Shown here one piece after another: positions 1 through 10,650 of a DNA stretch of 64,000 bases. The stretch is taken from positions 1,116,001 to 1,180,000 of the forward strand of contig BCGN01000001.1 in the NCBI GenBank assembly GCA_001599295.1. The letters run 5' to 3'. The DNA is from Sporopachydermia quercuum (taxonomy: Eukaryota). The stretch's first letter is position 1. Each line of letters starts with the position of its first letter. A program made the translations under genes and the position numbers. The notes under the pieces were generated by a model, which was not told the DNA's origin, searched no databases, and worked only from the letters and a program-made list of their open reading frames with translations.

Positions 1-646
1 TCTTGTGACGAATGCCACTTGTTGTTGTTGGTGATGGAATCCCATTGGTGATTCTAGTTTGTTCATTGTCAGATTTTCTTCGAGTACTAAGATACATGTC
101 AGATTTGCGTCGATGATCATCAAGAGTCATCAAACCGTCATTAAAGCAAAAAACGAATTCAGGGGCTATGGAATTAGAATCCGTTATTTTGTTAAAAGAT
201 TGAGCTTCATCATCAGACTTAGGATCAGAACCATCAGAATACTGTGAAACTGCAGTAAGCAAGCATGATTCTTGTCTGTTTCTGGACTCCCAATTAACTG
301 AATTCAAAAGCTTCCGCTTTTCTTCATTAACAGGGCAGTAATCAGAAGCCTCAGAATCAGATTCGTATGACTCAACTTGACTATGGTTCACATGATAAGT
401 GCAGATTGCCCGCCTGAGAGTGGCCTTTCGATCAGCTGTACATAAACGTTTGTTAACTTGGTGCTTTTCATCAGAAATCGATCGCTTAGAAATACTACTG
501 TTGCGAATTCTCTTCACAGCAGTATGGTTCAATAAAGAGTTTGGTACATCCTTGGGATCAGAGAATGTATATGAAAATTGTAAATTATCTTTACATTTGA
601 CNGATGGAAAAGGGAATGCTTCAATAGCTAAGTTTCTGGCAGACAT
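1..646 (-). CDS. Uncharacterised protein, 5' part only (runs off left edge)
   Basis: ATG at 646 opens about 215 stop-free codons (MSARNLAIEAFPFP...SPTTTSGIRHK) to the window edge. Absent from the ORF track because no stop lies inside the window. No family recognised. Confidence 0.7.
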   Translation of the reverse strand, partial: MSARNLAIEAFPFPXVKCKDNLQFSYTFSDPKDVPNSLLNHTAVKRIRNSSISKRSISDEKHQVNKRLCTADRKATLRRAICTYHVNHSQVESYESDSEASDYCPVNEEKRKLLNSVNWESRNRQESCLLTAVSQYSDGSDPKSDDEAQSFNKITDSNSIAPEFVFCFNDGLMTLDDHRRKSDMYLSTRRKSDNEQTRITNGIPSPTTTSGIRHK

Positions 647-945
647 GTCTGACAATGTGTAGGGTATAGTAGTAATGAAGCACAGAAATCANACCTCGAT
701 AAATTAATATGAGGAATGATTATGTAAACAAGATTATGATACTACTAAGGTCAACAAATATATATACATATATATATATTCTGAACTTATTAATACCTTA
801 ATCTTAATATCACCTTTAACCCAATAGACCTCCGGTAAAAGAAATCTTCAGAATGGAAATAATAATTATTTTCCGGAGAAGATATCTTATAAAGAGAGCA
901 AGGAAAAATCTTCAGTCCACTAGGGAAAGAACATAAGGGAAGACT

Positions 946-1007
946 AGGGTGTAGTCCAGGGTGTAAATAACACTATAATTTAGTCGAGGGATAAAATTTT
1001 AGGGTGT
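946..1007 (+). promoter_or_regulatory. Three AGGGTGT motifs in a divergent promoter region
   Basis: AGGGTGT at 946, 958 and 1001 (two preceded by T, giving TAGGG). A TATA-like ATATATA follows near 1092. Resembles Tbf1/Tay1/Rap1-type G-rich sites; the factor is not established. Confidence 0.35.
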
Positions 1008-1199
1008 TACGTATCTAGAGTAACGAAATCGTGACGGACAGTGAAATTGCAAGAAGAAGAAGAAGGAAAAAAAATTGGAGAGAAAAAATAATATATATGA
1101 AGCTCTTCAAATTCTTAGAAGATGAAGCTGGTCATCACAATTAGCCAATATAGTTTGTAAGATATGCGCAATTTCTAAGAAGATTTCAGCTACACACTA

Positions 1200-2050
1200 A
1201 AACTTTAATATTATTCTGCGGTATATATGAGCATGATATTTCTCAGAATGGTTAAATATAGAATTTTTGCTAATATTGAAACTTTAATTCATTGATTTCA
1301 GATATGGTTGAGGACTTCGAAAACGTTTCTTGATTACGTAAGACATAATTTGTAACAAGTAGAGGATTGAATATATGTCACGAAACTGTTATTTATAAGT
1401 ATAGTGCTCTATAATCACAAATATCCATGAACCTACTGATTATTTTCCTTCTAGTTCATCGAAANCTAGGGTAGAGTATCAAAATATATGTTGGCATAGG
1501 TTCAATGCATCAAACCTGTAACTGTCCTGCCTCCTGACCATTAACCAATTACATTGTAATAAGAGTACTAGACCCACATATTCCATGTTAATGTATACGG
1601 GTAAATTACTACTTCTTTATGATGTGGAATGTGGAAGAAATAAACTTTATTTTGCTGAGGCCTTCTGTGGAATTTCCAATTTTATCATCCAACGTAATCG
1701 AATAAAAAAAAGAATAAAATGAAAATAAAGTGAAATAATCAAACACCTTCAGCTCAACGGAGGCAAACAGCNAGTACCATATCTCGTTTTGCAGAATTCC
1801 CACTTGATATTCACGGCTCTGATATAATTAACTAAGATTTAGTACAAAACTATGATGAAACCAGTTCCAATATGGGACGTGTTGTCTGAAACGTTGTCCA
1901 GGCGTTTCATTGGCTGGTGAAACATTAAAGTTTCAAATTTTACTGTGTCACTCCAAATTTTCTAAATCGTCTTGAGAATGCCCATTCCCTACTTGTGGCA
2001 AGGTGGCACTTTCAGCAAAAAAGGCCAAATCCCCAGGCTGTGTTTCCATT
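1200..2050 (+). ncRNA. Candidate large structured ncRNA (block F)
   Basis: Helices 1210-1218/1244-1252, 1577-1589/1621-1633 (13 bp) and 1836-1842/1962-1968, the last enclosing 1860-1866/1912-1918 and 1887-1895/1901-1909. G.U pairs favour the + strand. No credible ORF. Confidence 0.35.
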
Positions 2051-2696
2051 TTATTTTCGCTTTTCTCAATAAAACAAATAACAGAACAATACTTTTTGAA
2101 TCATTATCTAACTAACGATACTAGTTTTATATTTGTTGAATAAAAATTGATTTTTCGACTTTCTGACAGCAGGTACCTGACTCTGAGATAATACCCTAGG
2201 GTGTTCCTCTGATTCCGGAAATTATACCATCACGTGAGATGATCTCTTTGTATATCACATAATCAGATATACGTGTAAAGAGAAAAAACAAACCTATAAA
2301 GTTGGCTAGAGTGTTCAACTGTCCAAACGTATCAGTATGATAAGTAGATATAAAGATAATGTAAAAGAAAGGAAGGTACATTGAAACAGTACATAACATA
2401 ATATAACATATATAACATAATCAAATTCATAACATTCATAAAAACATAACCTTCGTAGCCCCATTCTACTCTCAAATGGCAGTCTGAAGTTAAAAGTTGA
2501 AACTTTCCAGAAGTCTCAAAGAGAAAAAGAATATGATTAATAACAACATGAGATATCTCATATATTATTAATATATTATTAATATATTATTAATATACGA
2601 TATGAGCCCATAATTGTTAATGACGATCAGACTCCTTGAGCAAGTCAACAGTTCCTTGTCATATCATCTCGTCCCCAACTAGTACTTTTATTTAGT

Positions 2697-4097
2697 TTAA
2701 ACATAAGTTTTCCCTACATTTGAGATACTATCTAATATTTCCAAATACTTGTCAGGGAACGCAACTCTGAATCTATCGCGAAGATCAGAGCTACTTCGAT
2801 GACTTAAATTCAGTTCCTCGTCCTTTTTGATTTGTTTCCAAGAATTGCCATACTTTTCAAATCCTTTATACAGATTCTCATCTTCCTCTTTAGTGAATTC
2901 TTTCCTTGATTTTCTTGCTGATCCAATTGCTAGTTCGTTTGAATCATTACCAATGAAATTCCTAGTTAACAATTTATTCACATCAATCTCAGTCACTTTA
3001 CCTAAGACTGAGTTAACATGCTTTATCGTTGTTGTTGTTGGAGGAATTGAAGATTTTCTCCCCCGACTCTTCCTTGGTTTGTTTCTCAAGAACTGCTCCT
3101 GTTCAAGAGGTGTCTTTTTAATATGAGTTTTAGCATTTGGATAAAGTGCCCTATATTGCTGAGGGAATGAAGATCTGAATCTATCTTTCAAATCAATTGC
3201 ACTCCTGTTGTTGAATTTCAGTCTTGGATCAGTTAGAATCTTCTTCCAGTTGCCAACACCCCAAATACTGCATCCTAGTAACAAATCATTTGTTTCTTCT
3301 TCTGTCCACATCTTACGAACCAGTCGCCTTTTGTCCGATGTGTTCGGTAGATTTTTGTCCTTTTTGGCTACTTTATCTGTATTTGTGCCCGTAGGNTTCT
3401 TCCTTGAACTAGTAGACAATTTTGTAGAGATACCATCAAACTTAGATTCGGGCTTGGAATTGCTCGGTTCATGGGATAATTGCTTTGTTGATGGATTATC
3501 TTCCTGCTGATTATAAGAGAATGCAGCATTATCTAAATTGAATGTTGAAAGCATGTCAATATCCAACGTTAAGTCTTTCACTTGGTTTACTCCATACAAT
3601 TCCTTGTCTAATGGGGTAATACTCAATGATGAGGCGTTGTTTATTTTATGATGCTTTTGATTAGAATCAAGATTGTAATTCAATTCTGACATAGAAGAAA
3701 CATATCCATTGTTAGACAGTACAGACATATCATGCTTTTCTAGTCCATAGGAGTACAACGGTGACCAACTGGGGAATTCATTCAACCCATTTGATAATTT
3801 GTTAAGCCCATAACCATGATGATTTATTGTATAATTATTGTCCATCCTGATGTTTGAGTCGTTCTCCATTTGAACACTTTTGATCAAATTATGTTCTGTC
3901 TCTGGTTCACTAGTTGCATTTGTATTAGGAGATGATGTGTTTGATTGCAAAGATTTTGGGGTAGAGGCTGATGATACAGAATGTGATCTATTCATCATGA
4001 ACATATTATCATGACTATATTCATCTCTTTCTTCAAATGGATTGAATAGCGACATGATTTGTGATTGAGATAAACCATTGAGTGTTTGTGTGTCCAT
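2697..4097 (-). CDS. TAY1: Tay1/Teb1(Mug152)-like double telobox-Myb telomeric DNA-binding protein
   Basis: 466 aa with two TRF-type Myb repeats: RKMWTEEETNDLLLGCSIWGVGNWKKIL...RSAIDLKDRFR and RKEFTKEEDENLYKGFEKYGNSWKQI...RSSSDLRDRFR. Confidence 0.85.
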   Translation of the reverse strand: MDTQTLNGLSQSQIMSLFNPFEERDEYSHDNMFMMNRSHSVSSASTPKSLQSNTSSPNTNATSEPETEHNLIKSVQMENDSNIRMDNNYTINHHGYGLNKLSNGLNEFPSWSPLYSYGLEKHDMSVLSNNGYVSSMSELNYNLDSNQKHHKINNASSLSITPLDKELYGVNQVKDLTLDIDMLSTFNLDNAAFSYNQQEDNPSTKQLSHEPSNSKPESKFDGISTKLSTSSRKXPTGTNTDKVAKKDKNLPNTSDKRRLVRKMWTEEETNDLLLGCSIWGVGNWKKILTDPRLKFNNRSAIDLKDRFRSSFPQQYRALYPNAKTHIKKTPLEQEQFLRNKPRKSRGRKSSIPPTTTTIKHVNSVLGKVTEIDVNKLLTRNFIGNDSNELAIGSARKSRKEFTKEEDENLYKGFEKYGNSWKQIKKDEELNLSHRSSSDLRDRFRVAFPDKYLEILDSISNVGKTYV

Positions 4098-4499
4098 TTT
4101 GATCCAGTGCCTCTTGATAGAATCAGTATGTGTNATGAATTGAGTTGTAGCTATATCATAACAATTATCACAGCAAATTAGCGAATTAGTAAGTTGAGTA
4201 GAATTTGAAACAATATCTGCTACAATTCAATTTATATTTGAGTCAAGAATACTGTTTTATAAGAGTAAAAGCTATGAGCGAATATATACTAGTAAGTGTT
4301 AAAATTCTACCACACAAATTNTACAATACCAGAGCAGTATGGGAGAATACGATTAGTTTATATATAACTATTTACATGCGTATTAGAAGCAATAAAGCTA
4401 CTTCGAAGTAAAACCTGGAGTTAAAGTTAAGGAAATTAAATTAACATAAAGTTTTGTTGACAAACTATAAGTTTGAATTAAAATTCAAAATCTGTAAAC

Positions 4500-5450
4500 T
4501 ATAATATATCAAACCTTAATTGATTTAATAAATCAAGGCAAAATTGGATGGAGCCTACGAACTAGAATTTGTTCAGTTGCTTTCTGTGGCTCATTATTGG
4601 ATCTTTACTATGTGATGCCGTGACTGAAAACTTGATAAAGTATAATAATTTTGTCAGTAGTCTTCTAGAAAAAGAATCATTATCAATATTACAGATTAGT
4701 TCGCTGATCCAAGGCAGTTTGTTGATGAAATTTNTTTTGTCAAAATTTCATGCTTCATCTAGAATCAGACAGCATTTTGTCAGCTACTTTTATTTTAGCT
4801 CTCAAAAAAGGTTTATCGGTCACTCAGATTAAATTGTTTTAGCTAAGAAAAGAGACTGCTCAGAATTCTCCTAAGTTCGACTTCTTTAGCAATGTTTAGT
4901 AGTTTGCATAACATTCTAACGGTCAGTTTGTCATATCAATTTCAAAAACCTGCTAACCTGCTGAAACAAACAATGAGCATAGGTTTCTGGCTTTCGACTA
5001 CTTCTCTTGATTTTCCCCATGTTTCACTCTCAAATAGGCCGGTTTCATTACTGGATAGATAACTCAGTACCTTAAACTCAGTTTCAACTCTGAATCTGAT
5101 TTTATTTAAGAATATTTAAGCGACCTTGAACATTTGAATGAATCTTGAATAGCTCTCTAGATTATTCCCCTGTCATAAAAGCAAAAACATCCTTTAGTTA
5201 ATAAGCAATCTAATTTTGATCATATTCTGCGTTCGAAAACGTACAGCTATCATTATTGTTCCAAAGAAATCAGTATGATGCTGGAAAGTTTAACAGTCTT
5301 TATTGAATGAATATCATAATCATACTGATACACTAAAAGAAATATATAGTGGGGAACCAAGTCCAACTTACTATTCAGTTCGGCCCGAAGAACAAACTTT
5401 GAAAAATTAACTAAAACTAGACCTCATTAGTAGGAACGTTAAATAATTAC
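4500..5450 (-). ncRNA. Candidate structured RNA or long TAY1 leader (block D)
   Basis: Perfect inverted repeats 5269-5279/5319-5329 (11 bp), 4725-4733/4743-4751 (9 bp) and 4857-4862/4974-4979. G.U-compatible stems read on the minus strand. Confidence 0.2.
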
Positions 5451-5999
5451 TTTGACTATGTTATTGCTAAAATGGTTGTCCTTTCTCCAGCTAACATATC
5501 CTGTCCATAAATTCAGTTAGGAAATGGAAAGAAAGCCTCCTATCGATTTGTTTTCATTAAACAATACGATTATATGATCGAACAATCTTATTATAAGGTT
5601 AAACTACTCCTGCACGTCATTACACTTTATCATTAAAATCTGGGGTAATATCACTTGTACGTACTAAACAAGATATCTCTCTTTGCACTAGTAATGCTTA
5701 ACTTTAATATTTCCTTAACATATACAGCCAGTTCCTTATTTTGTCTTTTATTCTTATTATTTCCCCTCACTCTTCTGCATCAATATTTTAACTTAATTGA
5801 CTTTTCTGGCTTGATTACACATCCACAGTTTTTGGTTGAAACTCATTTGCTTCGTAGAAGACGTTCTTTAAAACAACGGGAAATGATTGAACAAATTATG
5901 AAAGTCGATCAAGACTAAAAGCGAACGGATCAAAAAAAATATAAAGAAAAAAATAAAAAATAAGAAAAATTCATGTGGAAAAGAAAGTGAATCAATTAA

Positions 6000-6800
6000 T
6001 CCCACTGTGTAGAGAGCTGATTATAAATATAGATTCAGTTCTCTCTGCTCCCTGTATTATCACTTCATCATTTATGATAGGTATTCTCTTCAAATGGGCA
6101 GTTTACTTCAAACGAAAAGGATAGATAAACAGTGTGAGTTACATCAACAATAGATCCAAGAACATCGACGACTACCGGAAGTGGAATGTCCGGTGTAAAT
6201 TAGAGACTATAGCCTTCGAATATAGTAACAATTGCATCTTCAGCTTTTCAATTTCCTCTTTCTTTAAAATGATCAAATACTTGAGTCTAAGAAGCTTAAC
6301 GAACGAACAACATTGAAAGATTAGAATAACTAGCAGAAAACTAGCTGGTGTATAGCTCTTTGGTTAGTATGGGGGAGTCACACTCTCTGTCAAGGATCTC
6401 GTAAAACGTCTTGTAGGCTGTTCCAATCAAGTCTTGTATTGTTAAATGATGCCTACTATGCAACAAATAATAGTCAGCAATTCATAAGCTTTACTGCTTT
6501 GATGAGATCCCCTCATTTCATTTTTAGTACAAGTACGAAATATAGCGTTAACTTTATTAATGCATCTACTGCCCCCATATTGGACTTTTCAGAAAAAGAA
6601 AGAGGTTAGGGAAAGTATACAATCATCTTTACATGTCTCCCTTGAATCATATTGAAAGATTNCCAATAGTTCTAATTGTTTGACAGAAAGGTGATGGTTT
6701 ATAAATTATGGAAANGANACTATTGATGACAAATTATAATCGTCAAACTAAGTTGTTTGAACAGCTCTGATTCTAAANCGTCTTGTTAATGATTAATTGT
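6000..6800 (+). ncRNA. Candidate large structured ncRNA (block G)
   Basis: Helices 6011-6020/6035-6044 and 6174-6179/6189-6194. GC-rich 6366-6375/6572-6581 encloses 6394-6400/6504-6510 and 6413-6418/6451-6456. Shared bulged helix at 6689-6749. Confidence 0.4.
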
Positions 6801-7400
6801 CATTCTTCTAATTCAGCATGGCAACAATTCAACTGAACAATACATTGTATTGTCTTTTGAGCTACGCTTCGTTTGATAAGTAAGGATATTAGAAAAAGAA
6901 TCAATTCCTTATCCTTTTTTTCTTTTTGGAATATTTTCTTCTCTCTTACTACAATCAATTTATTATTCTCTCTGATACTGTACCTTCCAACTTCAATGTT
7001 GATCGTTTTGCTCCTGATCAATAATACCTCATTGACCTATCAAAGTTTAATACATAAGTTCGTGTTTCAATAAATAATTGAGGTACTATAAATTAGAGTT
7101 CTTGATCAACATTTTTTTTCCGTTTTAGTTTAAATACTTGGAGAAATGGAAAAGTAGTTGAGTATAGTTTTTACTTGAAAGGTGAGAGATACAATTCTTC
7201 CATTATGACTAATCCGATGAACAAAAACAGCAGTTTTACTGACTACAAGCGTAACAAATACTATTGTTACATGTGAAGCTCTGANCAAAGTGATGGAGCT
7301 TACTCGATGAATAATTGTTGTATACTTCTTGCGCATCTTCTCTCCTCATTACTATGCATAGTTGCTGTATGTTGGGAGGTCTGTGCATGATTATGCATGA

Positions 7401-7443
7401 GGCCAACTGAGGCCCAACTGAGGCCCAACTGAGGCCCAACTGA
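7401..7443. repeat. Tandem minisatellite (GGCCCAACTGA) x4
   Basis: One 10-bp variant GGCCAACTGA followed by three exact 11-bp copies, with no spacers. Confidence 0.95.
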
Positions 7444-7809
7444 TTCAACTGTCAGAAGCTGATAAAAGTTATGAAGCATAGAGCATCGATTGAAAAAAGG
7501 AAGAAAACAATTCTTTGAACAAGGTGTCACATTTTCTTACGCAACATCTGCATTCACTATATAGAAATTGCCGTTTCTATTTCATTGTCACAGAAACTTT
7601 GCCGAATAACTCAGTTCTCTTCCCCACCTCTTGCCTCTCTTTCTCAAAGGACATACAAACCACGTTGTTCTACGATAACATCAAGAATCCATTAGAACTT
7701 CAGCATGCATTTAACGTTTATTTCTTCCTGAAATAGTCTAGTNTTTTTGATTTTTCTGCATTCCTAATCATATACCAGAATGCACCGCTCCACTCTCTCA
7801 TACAAAAAG

Positions 7810-8245
7810 TCTTGATGACAGGGTAATTGCCGTCTCAAAATAGGGTATTTTTTGACAAGCTTCACTTTCTTGCAATAAATTTTTCAAACGAATTCAAACC
7901 ATTGATCACTATAATATCATTATCTCGCCATAGAGTAGAAGAGAGAGCAGATGATATCAAAACATTGCACTATCTTAAGCTAACAGACTGAGCTGGTATG
8001 TCCTGTCAAGAAGATAATTCTATCCGTCTGGGAGTGTGTCAATGTGCATAGAGAAACTCTTATGGCAATAGCACCATTTACCTGCGTTTTGCTGGTTCAC
8101 TGGCTATGGCAATAGGGGATCTAACGGTACCTCAGAAACTGTGTATTGATAATCTGTAGTCATTTGGTGTTTTATCAATTGCTACGTTGTATTTTCATTT
8201 TCATCAGTTAGCTCTAGGTTGATTTTGACACTCTGAGATCAAGGT
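7810..8245 (+). ncRNA. Candidate structured ncRNA (block H)
   Basis: Helices 7914-7921/7950-7957, 7962-7967/8040-8045 (enclosing 7984-7988/8026-8030) and 8131-8136/8232-8237. Confidence 0.25.
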
Positions 8246-8411
8246 TAGTTGGAACATTTTATACAATTCTTTTCACTTCTTCTGTATTACGCGATTCAAT
8301 CAATTTTTCTTTTTTTTTCTATAGTTTTGATGTATTGTATACTACCTTCGGCCCATTGTTTTAACTAATGCAATTATATCATCTGCTCCTAGTGAGTACT
8401 TAGTGAATATT

Positions 8412-9560
8412 CTAAAGTTTTTCTTGTCCACTTTTCCAAAGCCAGAGTGCATCGAGAGCGTAACTTCTGACTGTCATATTTCTTGTCTTGTTTTCATCAG
8501 CAGCTTCTTCCAAAGATTCAATAATTCTCAGATCGTCGATCAATTGTTGCATTTGCTTTTGGAACTCGCTCTCAATTAGTTTGCCTTTGTCTTCTTTTGT
8601 TTTTTCAATTTTCTCATCATATTCGACTTCTTCTTCGTAAACGCCTNTCGTGAATTTGAATAATATTCTTCCTAAAGTTCTTATAGCGATACTCCTCTGA
8701 CCAGGGAAAGAGCTCCTAGCAAGTCTTCCTAATTCGACTAAATTATATCCCGCATCACCAGGATTTTCATCATGATGATGTAAACCATGGATAACAGAGA
8801 GTTCTTTAGACTTACTTCTGGATATTATATTGCCTTTAAAATCAAATCGAATTTGTTTAACATCTGCGTAGAATAAGCTTGGATCGGTCTTCGTAGAGTC
8901 GACTGGGACCATCCATTCTAACTTCTCGGGTTCTTTTGGTAGGTCAGGGAAGTACTTATCGTGAAGATCATCAAAAAAGTCAACTTCACTATCAACAGAT
9001 AAAGGAAAATCCCGACCTTCATCTGGATTAGCAGGGGGCTTTGGAAAGTGAATATTATCTAGTTCAGGAACTTGCGTGGCTCCTTCTTTTTGTAAACTTG
9101 ATTTCTTTTCTGGGAAAAGAGCTTCTTCAATGTCATCTTCGTCCAATGGCTTTCCCCATTTGCTGGGGCCTCCTATCCATTCTGAAACATGTTCCTCTTT
9201 CGTTGATTCATCGTGTGTCATAATACGCTTATATAGTGATTCAAGAACAGAGTGATCTAAATTTTTTATCAACTCTTGCTGTTCGTTCAAAATTTCATCC
9301 TCAGACATGCTTGATAACTTCTGTATGTTTTCCAGGTGTATCTTTTCACTCTCATTTAACGTACTTCCACTTTTCTGAAATTCTGCTTGCACGATGTTAA
9401 CTGGTTCGTCCTCCTTCTTCGCTAGTTTCTTAAGTCGAGCTTCTTTAAACCTATTTTTACCATGGGTTGGAAATCCTGTACTTGATTTTTGAGCAGGTAG
9501 TTTGAACTCAGAATCAGCATCATTGCTATCATGCTCAATGATATTTGCCATTAAATCCAT
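8412..9560 (-). CDS. RBA50: RNA polymerase II assembly factor Rba50 (RPAP1 family)
   Basis: True start MDLMANIIEHD at 9560 (the track starts at an upstream TTG). Motifs IHLENIQKLSSMSEDEILNEQQEL, LHDKYFPDLPKEPEKLEWM, RFDFKG, GLHHH...PGDAGY, LARSSFPGQRSIAIRTLGRIL. Confidence 0.92.
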   Translation of the reverse strand: MDLMANIIEHDSNDADSEFKLPAQKSSTGFPTHGKNRFKEARLKKLAKKEDEPVNIVQAEFQKSGSTLNESEKIHLENIQKLSSMSEDEILNEQQELIKNLDHSVLESLYKRIMTHDESTKEEHVSEWIGGPSKWGKPLDEDDIEEALFPEKKSSLQKEGATQVPELDNIHFPKPPANPDEGRDFPLSVDSEVDFFDDLHDKYFPDLPKEPEKLEWMVPVDSTKTDPSLFYADVKQIRFDFKGNIISRSKSKELSVIHGLHHHDENPGDAGYNLVELGRLARSSFPGQRSIAIRTLGRILFKFTXGVYEEEVEYDEKIEKTKEDKGKLIESEFQKQMQQLIDDLRIIESLEEAADENKTRNMTVRSYALDALWLWKSGQEKL

Positions 9561-9699
9561 CTCTGCCTGTGTCGCCAACCTATGCTATTGTATTTGGTTC
9601 TGCTTTCTGTTAAAGTGCTAACTGTATCAATATTTTCCAACAAACGTCTTTCTAAATTCAACTTCACAATCAAATATAGATTACCAAATACGTATATAA

Positions 9700-10650
9700 A
9701 TATATAGTGCAAACAATAATTCATTCAGACTAGAAATTCATGAGAACAGAACACACAATGTAATAATTATAAAAAAGATTAAACAGTAAAAGGTATGAAA
9801 AACCTTAAAGTTACTGTGTAATCAACCTTATTACTATGGTCTGTTAAACCAGTTAAAAACTAAANGGCTCNATCAGAGCAGATACGATTTGCTTTGATAT
9901 GGAGCTAAGCTTTGAAAAGAATTAAACTAGAATCATTTACGAACATTCTGCATATTGGACATACACGAATCATTGAAGCTAAGTTTTATAGAAACTTCGT
10001 TGGGTCNTGATAGTGTTAAATTCATNTATATAGTAGTACAGGAAGGAAACCTTATTGAAAAACTTGTTAACATATGATAGATAGAACTCGTGGAAAAAAA
10101 ATTCGGTGAATTATTGTAGTCTACAGAAACAGTATACATAGTAAATTTGTATCAATAAAATTTGATATTCGTTAAGTCAGCTGCTCTAGTAATTGCACAG
10201 ATTCCAAANCCATGAAACAATGAAATGGAAGATTGAATAATTGATCACTCCTTAGCTGAAGGGAGGAGAGCAGAGAGAGATAAGGATCAAAAGATCCTAT
10301 CTCCATTGAGACAGAAAGTGACAATAAGTGTTATCAAAACATGTCAAATCGATAATGAACCATAATTTGATGAAGGTGTTGTTATCCTATTAGAGTGTGA
10401 GCCATTTCGATGCTCACTTAGTCTGGAATAAGGATAGTGGGCAATGATAAACCAGGAGTGGAGTAAACCAGGTAAGAATCCCAAAAGGCACAATGCAATA
10501 TTGATTAAAGCTGGAGATTGATTGAAAAGTTAGTTGACGGAACGAAAATATAGCTTCAAATATTAATGTTAACACTTACAATCAGCTGAGAAAACACCCC
10601 TTTTGATGAAAACGGGAATAGGTGGGATAAAGANCGCCACAACCACTAGT
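9700..10650 (+). ncRNA. Candidate large structured ncRNA (block A)
   Basis: 13-bp helix 9713-9725/10105-10117. Compound hairpins 9760-9834, 9866-9906, 10277-10303 and 10377-10443 (UUCG loop at 10406-10409). Long-range pairing 10325-10333/10570-10578. GAAA-capped G.U-rich stem near 10516-10535. No ORF. Confidence 0.5.

Noticed and set aside
7401..7443. CRISPR-like array
   Set aside because: Contiguous repeats without spacers in a eukaryotic genome.
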